Below are positions 14,968 to 27,654 of a stretch of 64,000 nt of DNA, one piece after another. Location of the stretch: the NCBI RefSeq assembly GCF_006345805.1, contig NC_043012.1, forward strand, positions 50,530,001-50,594,000. Direction: 5' to 3'. The position numbers were made by a program, and so were the translations under genes. The stretch is from Octopus sinensis (lineage: Eukaryota). The notes below the pieces were generated by a model. It ran no database searches, had not been told where the DNA came from, and saw only the letters and a program-made list of their open reading frames with translations. Numbering within the stretch: position 1 is the first letter of the stretch; each line of letters begins with the position of its first letter.

Positions 14968-15071
14968 AATACAGACATGCATGCATATATACATATGTAT
15001 TTGTATATATACATATTTATGTATAATTATATATATATATACATATACATATACATATATATATATATATT

Positions 15072-15135
<64 letters not shown>

Positions 15136-15730
15136 CCCACACACACGCGCACATACATACGCACGTACACATGCACAAACGCTTATTTGATATTTTAGAC
15201 ATAGCATTATGATGCTCGATATTGTAATTTTCACATTTCCCCTGGCAGCCCGAAGAATAATACTGACGTCTAAAATACAAGACTATTATGTTTTGTTTTG
15301 TTTTTTATTTCTATTTTGATCTGCAATACATGGAGTAACATCGATTTTAAAGGTTAACACAGAGAAATGTTGTTTTAAGTGTTTTGATCAGATAGTGGCT
15401 TGTAAACATAAATTGCTTTACGTGACAACTTAGAATTCGGGCCAGCATGTTATGGATCGTCCCTTTCTTAAACTGTCGATGGAACGAATGTACTGTACAT
15501 AAATTACTGGCATGCAATCTTAGATATTACAAAAATAGCTTTCTGTAATTGGTATTTCCCAATTAATATCCACACAGGGTAAGTTTGTTTATGAGACTCG
15601 GTTTGTTACACGACCATGTCCGTCCGTTGGAGGTTAAAGGAAACAATAACATGATTTATATAATTGATGGTTCCCTATTTAGATTTACGATTTATTAACA
15701 TACGTACAGATATGTACATATATTACACAA

Positions 15731-16138
15731 GCGCAGGAGTGGCTGTGTGGTAAGTAGCTTGCTTACCAATCACATGGTTCCGGGTTCAGACCCACTGTGT
15801 GGCACATTGGGCATGTGTCTTGTACTATAGCTTCTGGCTGACCAAAGCCTTGTGAGTGGATTTGGTAGACGGAAACTGAAAGAAGCCGGTTGTATATATG
15901 TATATATACATGTGTGAGAGAGAGAGAGTGTGTGCGTTTTTGTGTATCTGTGATGTTCCCCCAACTGATGCTAGTGTGTTTACGTCCCCGTAACCTTGCG
16001 GATCGGCAAAATAAACAGATATAAAAAGAACTAGGCTTACAAAGAATAAGTCCTGCGGTCGATTTGCTCGACTAAAGGCGGTGCTTCAGCATGGCCGCAT
16101 TCAAATAACTGAAACAAGTAAAAGAGTAAAGAGTAAAG
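15731..16138 (+). mobile_element. Full-length SINE family C (tRNA head, CORE-like domain, internal microsatellite)
   Basis: gcgcaggagtggctgtgtggtaagtagcttgc...gtggcacattgggcatgtgtctt...tail aaagagtaaagagtaaag. Confidence 0.9.
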
Positions 16139-16149
16139 CTTTATTTGAT

Positions 16150-16545
16150 GCTGTGGCTGTGTGGCTGTTTGCTTCCCAACCACTTAGTTTGAGATTAATC
16201 CCATTGCGTAGCAACTTGGGCAGTGGCTTCAACTATAGTCTCGGACCAAGCAAAGCTTTGTAAACGGATTTAATATATATTTGATATTCATATACGAATG
16301 TGTGTGTGCTTGAGTTTGTGTATGTGTGTGTGTGTGTAAGTTTGTGTGCGTGAATTTTTCCTCATCAGCCTAGGATACGGGTATACGTTTATATACCCTT
16401 ATCCTAGAGGGTTTAGCATAAGAGACCGATACAATCTTTTACCTTGCTAAAAATAAAATAAGTACTAGTGTCGATCCGTTCGACGGAAATTCTTCAATGC
16501 AGTGCCCCAGCATGGCCGTATTCATGTGACTGTAACAAGTAAAAT
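16150..16545 (+). mobile_element. Degenerate SINE family C copy
   Basis: gctgtgtgg...gcaacttgggcagtggcttcaactatagtctcggaccaagcaaagctttgt...ccccagcatggccgta...aacaagtaaaa. Confidence 0.65.
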
Positions 16546-16560
16546 ATATATATATATATA

Positions 16561-16825
16561 ATCAAGGAAATGTAATAAACCTCATTAAGGGATCATAAGT
16601 GATTATAAACCGTTAACGGTTTATAGCCGTTATCTCAACATATATTTCTAACCGGTGTGCCTTTACTACCTCTGAAGAGATTCATCTAATAAGGATTTTA
16701 ATTACATAAGCTAATTAGCTGAAGTTTTCCTAATCGAAACAGCCATCAGAGATGCTGTTATATTTTATAATTAATAAAATAATTTATTAGTTATCTCTTC
16801 ATTTCCTCCTTAACTTTATACCTAC
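16561..16825 (+). mobile_element. Penelope pLTR-like island with a decayed minimal HHR (about 16664-16754)
   Basis: CTGAAGA-gatt...aatc-GAAAC-agcc-ATC-agag; (TA)n on both sides; shares the 15-mer ttttcctaatcgaaa with 5213-5227. Confidence 0.6.
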
Positions 16826-16842
16826 ATGCATACACACACACA

Positions 16843-16914
<72 letters not shown>

Positions 16915-17663
16915 TAGAGTGAGAGAGAGACAGTTAGTAGTTTTAGTAACTGACTAAGGGATAAATATCCGTATATACTATCAGTATCCGTTATCTGTGT
17001 TAAGCATTGACGTCGAGCACTGGTAACAACAGGATAAACACAAGTATATCAGGAACCACTGCAAATAATTAGAAAATGGAGAAAAACAGATAAACCATCG
17101 CATTGATAGGACTATATTTTACAGTATATTTTTGATACAATACAAGACAATACGGATCTAACAGCTGTTTCTGATCAAGATACCTGAATGCAGTCTATAC
17201 ATAAATGTGAGAATAAAATCTACAAATTGTTCTGAAGTGATTGATATTAATGGAAAATAGAGGTTTTGCTAAGTGAATATATGGAAGTGCAAAACGGTAC
17301 GTAGGTGATTTGAGATATTGATCATTTCTCCTCATAGCTTTGAAGATGGTGATTTGCAGCAGTAGCTCCACATATTAAGCATTTCAGTTCTAATGTTAAC
17401 ATTGCCCTCCTGTTGATCAGAAAAGTCCGATTACGTGTGGTTCAAACAAAACGGCGTAAATCTTGAGGTGGCAGGCAACCTTTCGGCTAACTATTATCCT
17501 CGTCATCAAGCTTCAATGGCAAGCTGCAAAATAGGTACAATATTCCGTGAAGTGGTTGAACTCGACCACTAGCTCCTTTCTTCCATGTCTGTTTGTCAGT
17601 CTGTTTGTCTGTCTGTCTGTATGTATGTATGTAAGTACGTATATATATATATGCATGATCTCA

Positions 17664-17955
17664 TGGAGGCACATGGCTTAGTGGTTAGAGCATGGGACTC
17701 GTGGTCGAGGGATCGCCGGTTCGAATCTCAGACCGGGCGATGTGTGTGCCTATGAGCGAAATACCTAAGCTCCACGCAGCACCGGCAGAAGATAATGGCG
17801 AACTTCTGCTGACTCTTTCACCAGAACTTTCTCTCACTATTTCATCCTGCATCTAGTAACTCACCTGCGACGGACCAGGTGGGGAACCTATACGCCAAGG
17901 AAACCGGAAAACCGGCCCTTATGAGTCAGGCGTAGCTCGAGAAGGAACAAACAAC
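17664..17955 (+). mobile_element. SINE B-related copy with a type 2-like tail
   Basis: tggaggcacatggcttagtggttagagc...ggttcgaatc...ggggaacctatacgccaaggaaaccggaaaaccggccc. Confidence 0.8.
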
Positions 17956-18379
17956 ATGTATGATCTCTTTTGTTTTGATCTTTCAAATTCTTCTTCTGAG
18001 GAAGTTGCTGGTTCTTAACAAAGGTAGAATTCTTCTTTGTTGGAATGTAGATAACAAAAACAATGTCAAACTTTCAATTTAAGAAACGTCTTGCATATTT
18101 TTATTGTTCCCCTTACAGACTGTATTTTCAATGTGTCAGTTACTTGGTTCATTTCTTTTTCTGAAAATCCTACCCTACTCAAACTTCTTATTTAGTCCTT
18201 TACCCACATAACCAAGTGCGTCAGTTCATATTTTATTGTATGTATATGTTTATGTATATATGCATGTATATATGTGTGTATGTGTATGGCTGGATGGATT
18301 TTCTCTATATCTATGGATATATCTACATTTTTATGTATAAAGTGAACTTCAATATTGGGTTTACAAAATAATGTGACGA

Positions 18380-18580
18380 CCTGGTTGAATGTTGCCAGAC
18401 CGAGCAATGTGCTTCGTGGCATTTAGTCTATCTTTACTTTATGAGCTCAAATACTATCGAGGTTGATTTTAACTCTCATTCTTTTAGGCTGGATAAAATA
18501 ACTACCAGTTGAGCAATGGGGACCATCAAATCGATTTCCCCCTTCCCCGAAAATATTAACCCCGTGACAAAATTTAAAAT
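18380..18580 (+). mobile_element. Old SINE family A-like remnant
   Basis: gagctcaaatactatcgaggttgattttaactctcatt...gataaaataactaccagttgagcaatgggg. Confidence 0.5.
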
Positions 18581-18709
18581 CGTTATTGGTTTACTAAACA
18601 CCGAGAATATAAGACAAATCTAATTCAAAACGTCAGATTATATATACATATACACTCGCATATCAACTCACAATGTAATAGAGATGTATACATACAAACA
18701 CACATATAC

Positions 18710-18765
<56 letters not shown>

Positions 18766-20709
18766 TATATATGCTGTAATGTCGTAGAAATACGCTGGAA
18801 TTGTGTATGCACGTGTGTAAAAACGTTAGATGAGAGAACTCCGGAATCAAATCACTGCTGAATTGGGTTCTCAATTTGTTTTTATAACAGGCTAACACAA
18901 TGCTCTCCGAACCAAACTCTGATGCTCAGATAGCGTGCGCACATGTTGTTGATGACCATCAGTGGATATACAGCAAAGCATAGTTAGGTAGTGGCATTTG
19001 TATACGTTGTGTATGCCATGATATTTCAATATATTGGTGTCACTTGAGAAATAACGATTGTCAAACAAATTGAAGCAACAAATATTTCATTTATTATAGA
19101 CTGTAAAATGCAAGCCAGTCCGTTATACGGTAAACCATAAATTTACTGTTTCAGAAACTTTTAGTATTTATGAGATGGAATTATAAAAGATTAAGTCGAT
19201 GCAGAAACTAAGGGAACAGATGTCATTCATTTTCAGGTAATGTGTTATATTTGTCACAAGTAAAATGCAACAAGTGAACTTGCTAAAACCCCAGAACTGT
19301 TATTTTGCTTACAACTCTATAAAAGCCATTGTAAATCGTCCATATAACTGCTAGGAAGATTATCAAACTTCCTTCAATGTCACACACACTACCGTTTAAC
19401 ATATAGAAGCAAACATTTTATTCGTAGTCATGCAAACTCTAATGTGTGTCAGAATATAGATATGTTCAATCGAGATGAATAAGGGGTTAAACAAATGTAT
19501 GGTCCCTACAACTAAGTCAAAATGTATTGAGACTGTTAAGTACTGACATACATACATCAGGGTCCTCTATTCATCTTTTCAAGAATAAACAACCATTCGC
19601 ATTTGAAGAATCAATGATTGCATATCTGGGCCAAAAACTAAAAGGTTGAAACGGAAGTGTTAAGCCTACGATAAAATCAGGTCTTCATATCTCAGTTATA
19701 TTGACCTAGGTGTTTGACAGAACTCACTCTTAAGTTTATGTTGATATTAGGTCTCATAAATAACTTGTAAGCTGATGCTTTATCTGCAATAATATAAAAG
19801 ATATTCAAATACACGGTATTCCTCAAAAGAAAACTCTAAAAGTAAACTGAGAGTAAGCTCGAGGAGCAAAAGCTTGGGCGACGGTACAGTTGATTATATA
19901 GTCTCTAATGCGAAACTGGCGCGTTATTTTATTCATTGAGGAATAATGAAATGTCAGGTTCGACTAAGATGAAATAGAATGCAGGATATCAAGGTCCCCA
20001 TTATTCAATTCTAGTAGACATTTAGTCCAATATTTTAACTATTCTTACAATAAAACTCGTTCATAACAGAGCTACAATTATTAAATACTTATCTAATGCT
20101 TAGACGTTGTACTCTTAAAAATTAAGAAACGAAGAAGGTTGATCTATTTGTTTGCTTGATATGGTTGAAATGGCAGCCATATAACTATTAAAATGCATTT
20201 ATTAAATATAAAACATTAGATGGATAAAGGAGTTGAAGATAAAATAAACCTGAGCCCTAAGTGAGCATTATCCACAGTCGCCAAGCATTTGATAGTTAAA
20301 CGAAATAATAGCATTCATAATCACACGTCACCAATCAGGCACGCGCAATCATATTTATGAAGCATGCGAGTTAATGTGTTATCATATTCTTTTATCCTTT
20401 ACTGCTATTAGTCATGTGACTGCATTAAACTGGTGCACGACTTTGTAGGGTCTTTTGTTTGATAAATATTTCTCACTTTCGACGGCCAGTACTGTTGTGT
20501 ACAATCCCAACCCCATTGTACTACAACATCTTTTAACATTAATATATTCAATAAATCTATTCATCTGACTAGAATTATCTTATTCGATTATGAAACATGC
20601 ATTTCAACACATCTTACGCGCACGCATACACACGCACATACATACATATACAGATACACGCAAAACAAAAATGAGAAGTTATAATATGGTCGTATTCAAT
20701 ATATATATA

Positions 20710-20759
<50 letters not shown>

Positions 20760-20823
20760 AATAAATTAAATAGAGAGATGCAATTGACAATTCAATAATT
20801 TATTTATATTATGATGTAACATC

Positions 20824-21172
20824 GTGGCACTCCATCGGTTACGACGACCAGGGTTCAAGTTGAACCGTTCAACGGAACAGCCTGCTCGTGAAATTAACGT
20901 GCAAGTGGCTGAGCACTCCACAGATACGTATAGGGGAGATTCAGCGTGACACACAGTGTGACAAGGCTGGCCCTTTGAGATACAACAGAAACAGAAACAG
21001 GAAGAAAGAGTGAGAGAAAATTGTGATGAAGGAGTACAACTGTATTCGCCACCACACCTACCGGAACCTCTTGGACCTCTAGGTGTTTTCGCTCAATAAA
21101 CACTGAGGCCACCCAGTCTGGTAATCGAAACTGCGAGTCCACCCCCTAACCACTGGACCAATTGCGCGTTCA
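20824..21172 (-). mobile_element. SINE family B, tail type 3 (RTE-like)
   Basis: Tail ctcgtgaaattaacgtgcaagtggctgagcactccacaga; body taggtgttttcgctcaataaac; head cccctaaccactggaccaattgcgc. Confidence 0.85.
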
Positions 21173-21454
21173 CGATGTATACTATAGTATACTATAAATA
21201 CAATATAATGCATGATAACATAAACAATTACTAAAAAAAACAAAAAAATACAATAATTTGTTTCGAATTATATATATTATTTGATATATAATCAAATTCA
21301 GATCCCTTATATAAGCCTCATCAGCGCCAGTGGTTTGAAGATAGACGAAATTTAGTGTGAAAGAAAGGTTGGATTGTAAACAAAATTAATTCAGTTGCCT
21401 ATGTATAATAAGCGTGAGCGTTAGCTATTCAGCTACATATATTGTGCCTATGTC

Positions 21455-21653
21455 TGTGTTTGTCTCCATCACTGCTTGACAACCGATGTTAGTCTGTTTA
21501 CGTCATAATAACTTAGCATTTCGTAAAATTAGACCAAGAGAATAAGTATTAGGTTTACATAGGTCGTGGGGATGGTGTTGATATATGCAGCTGAAATACC
21601 TCAAGGCAGTGTTCCAGTACAGATGCAGTCAAATGACTGAAACAAATAAAAGA
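21455..21653 (+). mobile_element. SINE family C, 3' part
   Basis: gcttgacaaccgatgttagtctgtttacgtc...gcagtcaaatgactgaaacaaataaaagaa. Confidence 0.75.
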
Positions 21654-23117
21654 ACATATCTGTGTGCTTGTGTTGTGTGTGAGTATGTGTGTGTGTGTGT
21701 GTGTGTGTGTGTATTAAATGCAAATTAGATTTATCTGATGTTCATTGTTTTTGTCGCCAGTCTTAAACGTGCAACTGAAAGGAAATGGCTTTAAACGGGC
21801 ATCGAAACATCGCCTCTGGTTTAGTTCATCTCACATTACTCATTATTTCTTATGACTTCAATTAATCTCACAAAAATATGAGGAAAAGTAACAGCAGATG
21901 AAACCCTTCACACAACAAACCTATCAGGAAATGAAGAAAATCAGTATCTGTTTAGGTGTACTTAATATAACTGTATTCTGTTTCGTGTGTGTTTACTTCA
22001 TCATAAATATACTGAGATTAATAAAACATAAAGTGACGTAATAAATACTGCAATTGAATTCATTAGGGGATAGTGTTGAATATTGCACTATATTTAATCA
22101 AATGAACGAAATAAAAGATAATAGGATGATTTAATGAGTGATAATAGAATATAGAATTGCAGAATTAAATGAATGAAAGAGAAAATGAAAAGAGTGCAAA
22201 TCAAAGAAAGATTAGGAAACAGAAAACAGGAAAATTTGAAAAGACAAAAAGAAAAAGAAAACTGAAAAGTGTTGTTGAGAAAGAACAGATTGTTTATATT
22301 TGTAAAATGACGATGATTTCTTTGTAACTAGAGTTTAAAAAATGACTGCTATTTGTGAAATGCAGCCATTGTTATAGGTTTTTAATGAGTTATATGGAAC
22401 TGTACGGGAATGGGGTAGTTAGTAAAACAAGCTATTCATCTAGTTGCCAAGATGTCTGCCTGAACTGTACAACGTTGGCACCAACTGCGTGTTCTGCCGA
22501 CGTCCGATTTTGACTCTCTTGAAAAGTTCTATCTTAGGCAGAAATATATATTTGGAAATTTTCCATTTAATAAAACTTCCATTGCTTCTTACAACTTTAG
22601 TTATATAGGAATGTTTGTTTTTGCACATTTTCATAAAATCAAGCTACCGATATTAAATATTCCACATCTCGGACAATGTGTCGAAGATTATAATAGTTTC
22701 AATTAAAATTACAAGAAAATTAATAACAAACAATGGCTTGGATATAATCCTTAAAATCGGAGATGAAAAGAACAGATAGTGCTACTTTATTATTAATAGT
22801 AGAATAAAAGTATTAAAAACACATAAAGTTTCCTTAATAAAAACTGCATAAATTAAATGGCTTGTTTACCTGACGAGAATGATCACAAGCATTTGTTATT
22901 AATTCCTTCACAAAAACTTTCTTAATTGGAAGGTTATTTTCGTTCGATAGTATCAAAATAACTTTTTGGTCAAGCTAGTGAATAGTCAGTAGATGATATA
23001 GTATGGTAGACTCAACTGAACAAATTAAAAAGTAACGAATTTATCAATATCAATTACCTGTCATTCGCAATAATCTAATAACAATTCATATATATTACAC
23101 ACACATATGCATATATG

Positions 23118-23180
<63 letters not shown>

Positions 23181-23636
23181 TATATATTATATATATATAT
23201 ATATATATATGCATGCATATATACATATATACATATATACATACAATACCGTGTACATTAAAACACATTAAGAGGCTTCCATCATAGGATTGCCTTGCGC
23301 TAGAAAGAACAGTTTAAGTTCAGGCCACTAATTAGGGATCAATTCTCAAAGGGAATGAAAAATAAAAACATTTGCCATCAAATTCAATTCCCGGACCATG
23401 GTTTCTGACCTATTTCAGTAAAATAAAAAATTTACTGAGGCCGTCTTCTTCGGCAGGCAGCCTTAGAATAAATATACATACAACGAGATCGATTCCGCGT
23501 TCAAATTCATTGCTTGTACACTTTTATTTTTTTCAAATCTACTGCGCAGTCGCAGTCTATTGTCGGCAACAGAGAGGATGCCGGTAAAAACTTGGAAGAA
23601 ATTTACCAGACATCATTAAGCATAATGAATAATACG

Positions 23637-23757
23637 AGGGTAGTAAAAATTATAGAAATGTTTACTATCAGTGGTCTAGCGCAGAAATATGTCTCGTGAC
23701 TAAACTTTTTGGCGCTAGACCACTGGTAGTGAAAATTTCTATAAGTTTTACTACCCT
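23637..23757. repeat. Inverted repeat with 46-bp arms and a 29-nt loop
   Basis: 23637-23682 against 23712-23757, 42/46 complementary. Confidence 0.9.
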
Positions 23758-23773
23758 GATATTATTTATTATG

Positions 23774-23845
<72 letters not shown>

Positions 23846-24916
23846 CAGTAAAAATGTTTAATTGTTTGTCTAACTAGTTGTATATGAGAATGTGAAATAC
23901 AATAGGGTAATGTCCCTTTCCTATACAATGCCATAGCCTATATATTTCTCGTTTCTAACATTTACTAAACGTTCTTTGGTATTTTATTATATAATATGTT
24001 TTGTCATGACAGAGATAAAGTCATGTGTCCAAAGACTTTTAAAAATTATTGAACATATGTGTTGTAATGGATATTTTTGACGTACCTGTATTGTCTGAGG
24101 TGTGTGCTGTGGTTTAATAAATTATATTTAGTGCATTTGAATGGCTTTTTACCTTCCATAATGCGCAATTATAAAATGTGTTAACCACGTTCAATTCGAA
24201 ATTAAGTCATGATATTGGATACTGTCGTTCATATAGTATTCATTTTAATTCTCGGAATCTTACGTTCAGAAATGCAAAATTGGAAATGATTGAAAATATT
24301 TTTCTTGTGACATTAACAATATCAGTGCTGCGCATATTTCCCATGGTAAGAAGTAAGTATGAAGTATTGCTTAGAATCTGTCGGTGTCCACTAAATATCA
24401 CAGTTTTAGCTATTCTGACAACCACAGTTAGCTATTCTGACATTCACGTTTAGCGCAAGTATCCGTCATTGCATTGACCTGTCTTAATAAGCAGCCCTAA
24501 ATCGAAGGCATTTGACATGATGTCACCTATTTACAGGACACGGCTTGCAACGTCGCAAAAATATTAATTACAGCAGATAACCTCGTGACCAAACTCAACC
24601 AATCAAACACTTTTTCAAATTATTGCAATTGAAACCATTATCGTTCGATTTAGCGTAGGAAAGTCACAAACTCCAGTTAGATTCCGAACAAATACGACAA
24701 AGCTTCAAGTCATTCCGTCTCAAAATATTTATCAAGATCGTGACATTGTGTAAGAAGTAAATTATATAAAAGCATAAATATATATAACTATATGCGTATG
24801 CGTATATATAATATATGTATGCGTGTCTATTTGAATATATTAAGTAGACAACCACACGTTAGTAGATTCTGCCCCACCAGGTCACTGTAAAGTTCAACAG
24901 TTTAAGTTTAACATAG

Positions 24917-25054
24917 TAACCTACCACATGGTTCCGGGTTCAGTCCCACCGCGTGGCATCTTGGGCAAGTGTCTTCTGCTATAGCCCCGGGCCGACCAAT
25001 GCCTTGTGAGTGGATTTGGTAGACGGAAACTGAAAGAAGCCTGTCATATATATG

Positions 25055-25103
<49 letters not shown>

Positions 25104-25640
25104 GAGGCGCAATGACCTAGTGGTTAGGGCAGCGGACTCGCGGTTGTAGGATGGCGGTTTCGATTCCCAGACCGGGCGTTGTGAGTGTTTATTGAGCGAA
25201 AACACCTAAAGCTCCACGAGGCTCCGGCACAGGGTGGTGGCGATCCCTGCTGTACTCTTTCGCCACAACTTTCTCTCACTCTTTCTTCTGTTGGCCTGCT
25301 CGCTTAGCCAGCGGGGTGGCGTCATTTGAAGGCTAAAACAATACGACGCGCATTGTGACCAGCGATGTGTAACAACATCTGATGGCCTGGTCAGTCACGG
25401 TGATCATGGTGATATATATATGTATGTGTGTGTTTGTGTGTGTGTGTTTGTCCCCCTAGCATTGCTTGACAACCGATGCTGGTGTGTTTACGTCTCCGTC
25501 ACCTAGCGATTCGGCAAAAGAGACCGATAGAATAAGTACTGGGCTCACAAAGAATAAGTCCCGGGGTCGATTTGCTCCACTAAAGGCGGTGCTCCAGCAT
25601 GGCCGCAGTCAAATGACTGAAACAAGTAAAAGAGTAGGAA
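24917..25640 (+). mobile_element. SINE family C interrupted by a nested SINE B
   Basis: C head/CORE at 24917-25050, B insertion at 25102-25413, C 3' part at 25430-25640. Confidence 0.9.
25102..25413 (+). mobile_element. SINE family B, tail type 1 (nested)
   Basis: tggaggcgcaatgacctagtggttagggcagcggactcgcgg...ggtcagtcacggtgatcatggtgat. Confidence 0.9.
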
Positions 25641-26574
25641 ATTATACATGCAAGTTCAAGGTGTAGCCATTATTGTCGGTATGGCGGGAGATGTAGCCGG
25701 CCTCTTAATGACGTGGTGGGAGAGAAAGCTTAAACACTCCTTAGCTGAACAATCTAGCTGAACAATCTAGCTGAACAATCTAGAACTAATTTGCTTACTT
25801 TAGGTCTGTAGATGACATTAATATTCTAGTTAATTGTATTAGCTGTCGTATAGAAACCAAGAGGAGCATAATGGAGAGCATCCAGTACGTAGATAACTTC
25901 ATCCACCAAAGTATCAAGTTAACTATATATATATGTGTGTGTGTGTGTATACACATACATACATGCATGCCTATTTACACATATAAAAAATGTATATATA
26001 CATATATACAAATACACACACATACACATACACATATATAGATATATACATACACACACACACCCATATATATATATATATATATAAATATATATATTTG
26101 TAAAAAATGAAGTTCGAAAATGCTGCTGTATTATACAATTTTTAATTTTTATATATACATTATAACATGTTTCAGTTCCTGAAATGAACCTTATCAAAAA
26201 AGTTTATATAAAAAGAGACAGCTCATGCCGTCAAACACAAGAAATTCATTTATAATACACAACGGAGTCAGACATCTTAGAGTTCATGTATAGTTGATAT
26301 ATAGTTCATGTATAGTTGATATATAGTTTGAAGTATATGTTCAAAGTGTTCGATGCAGTGGCCCACGGTGCGATACGTATTCAATACAAAAAACAGATCA
26401 AAGTGGTGGAAAGCGGTCAATACAGAAGATTGATGTTTCCGAAAGAGCGAGGAATTCATTTTTACCTTAAGCAATTGTGATGACCCATGGTGGAAGTTCG
26501 CTGGGTGGTTCTAGTGATTTTTTGTGAAATGCTTGGTTTTATAATGCCTGTTAGGTGGTCAATCTAGCGTAGCG

Positions 26575-26906
26575 TGACGTCATCAATGTTTTGACCAATC
26601 GTTTCGTTAGGTGGCTTTAATCAAGTGGAACGGGACGTCATCATTATTTTGACCAATCGCTGCATTATAACTCCCTCTTGTTTGTTTCCTGTCTTGAACA
26701 GTCGCTTCGTTAGTCAAGCATAGCGGGACGTCATCCAGATTCTGCCCAATCACGACTTATAGCTACATTAGATCTGCCCCCTGTCTGTACTGTTAGGTGA
26801 CTATTCAAGCAGAAAAGGACGTCATCAATATTCTGACTAATGACTGTCCCCTGTTTGTATCCTGTCCATTCTAGCTGAGCTAGACGTCATCAACTTGTTG
26901 ACCAAT
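26575..26906. promoter_or_regulatory. Five GACGTCA-N12-CCAAT modules in the PLE non-coding region
   Basis: GACGTCA at 26576, 26634, 26727, 26818 and 26883, each followed after exactly 12 nt by CCAAT (CTAAT in the fourth). Confidence 0.65.
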
Positions 26907-27074
26907 CAGAATCGGGTCTGACCCTTAGCTGTATCGTATGTATCAGGGTCAGATTTGCACGAAATAATTTTTTTCCCTTTTTACTAAGGCATATTTCCGT
27001 CAGAGTGAGTGTCTGTTTGAAGTAGCGGCCGTGGTGAAATTTGGTTCTCCTTTTCGGAGGACTTATCTTTTGTT

Positions 27075-27617
27075 TTAGTATTCCTGGCCCAGGGTGTTTA
27101 AACTTGGTCTAAATTTTTTTATGAAATATAGTTCTTTATTTTGGCGTTGTGTGAAGGTTGCGTTGTCACTGAATTTATAGAGCGGGTTAGTTGTAAATTT
27201 CGGATTTACATTTCCAGCACATCTATCTATGTGTCCGCTGACCGGTATTTTGCGGTAATCAGGGTTTCTAATTTGTGATTTATGCACCGCCATCCTGTTA
27301 CGTAAGCTATTTTTTGTATGGCCTATATACTGCCTATTGCAGCCTGCGCATGTTATGACGTAAATTAAGTTTTCTGATGCGCAGGTGAAGTTTGTTCTAA
27401 TGGTGAACTGGTGGCCTTGTTCCAGTATAAATTCTGATCCTTCTTTCAAGATGACACAGATTCCGCAGTTGGGCCTTCCACATTTTCTAACTGCTGGTTT
27501 TGTGGTTGATGTTGAGTGCAGTGTAGCTTGGGTTAAAATCCTTTTCAAGGATTTTGGTTGCCGTTTACTTTTAATGATGGTGTGCGTTTCGAGGATCCGG
27601 TTCATCTTTGGGTCTCC

Positions 27618-27620
<3 letters not shown>
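27075..27620 (-). pseudogene. Penelope-type zinc-knuckle linker plus GIY-YIG endonuclease (C-terminus of PLE ORF)
   Basis: KCGRPNCGIC...NFTCASENLIYVITCAGCNRQYIGHTKNSLRNRMAVHKSQI...HIDRC...RQNKELYFIKKFRPSLN: CxxxxCxxC, LIY-YIG, and conserved R, H, E and terminal LN. Confidence 0.9.

Positions 27621-27654
<34 letters not shown>

Noticed and set aside
21258-21328. Minus-strand CTGATGAG...CGAAAC
   Set aside because: No stem I partner, stem III or NUH triplet after GAAAC.
24284-24343. Signal-peptide-like MIENIFLVTLTISVLRIFPM followed by G|GTAAGA
   Set aside because: No compatible downstream exon could be identified; plausible by chance.
26410-26475. Possible minus-strand HHR in the Penelope pLTR (aaaatgaattcc...ggaaacatcaat)
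   Set aside because: No CTGANGA core and stems I and III do not pair convincingly; at most a decayed relic.
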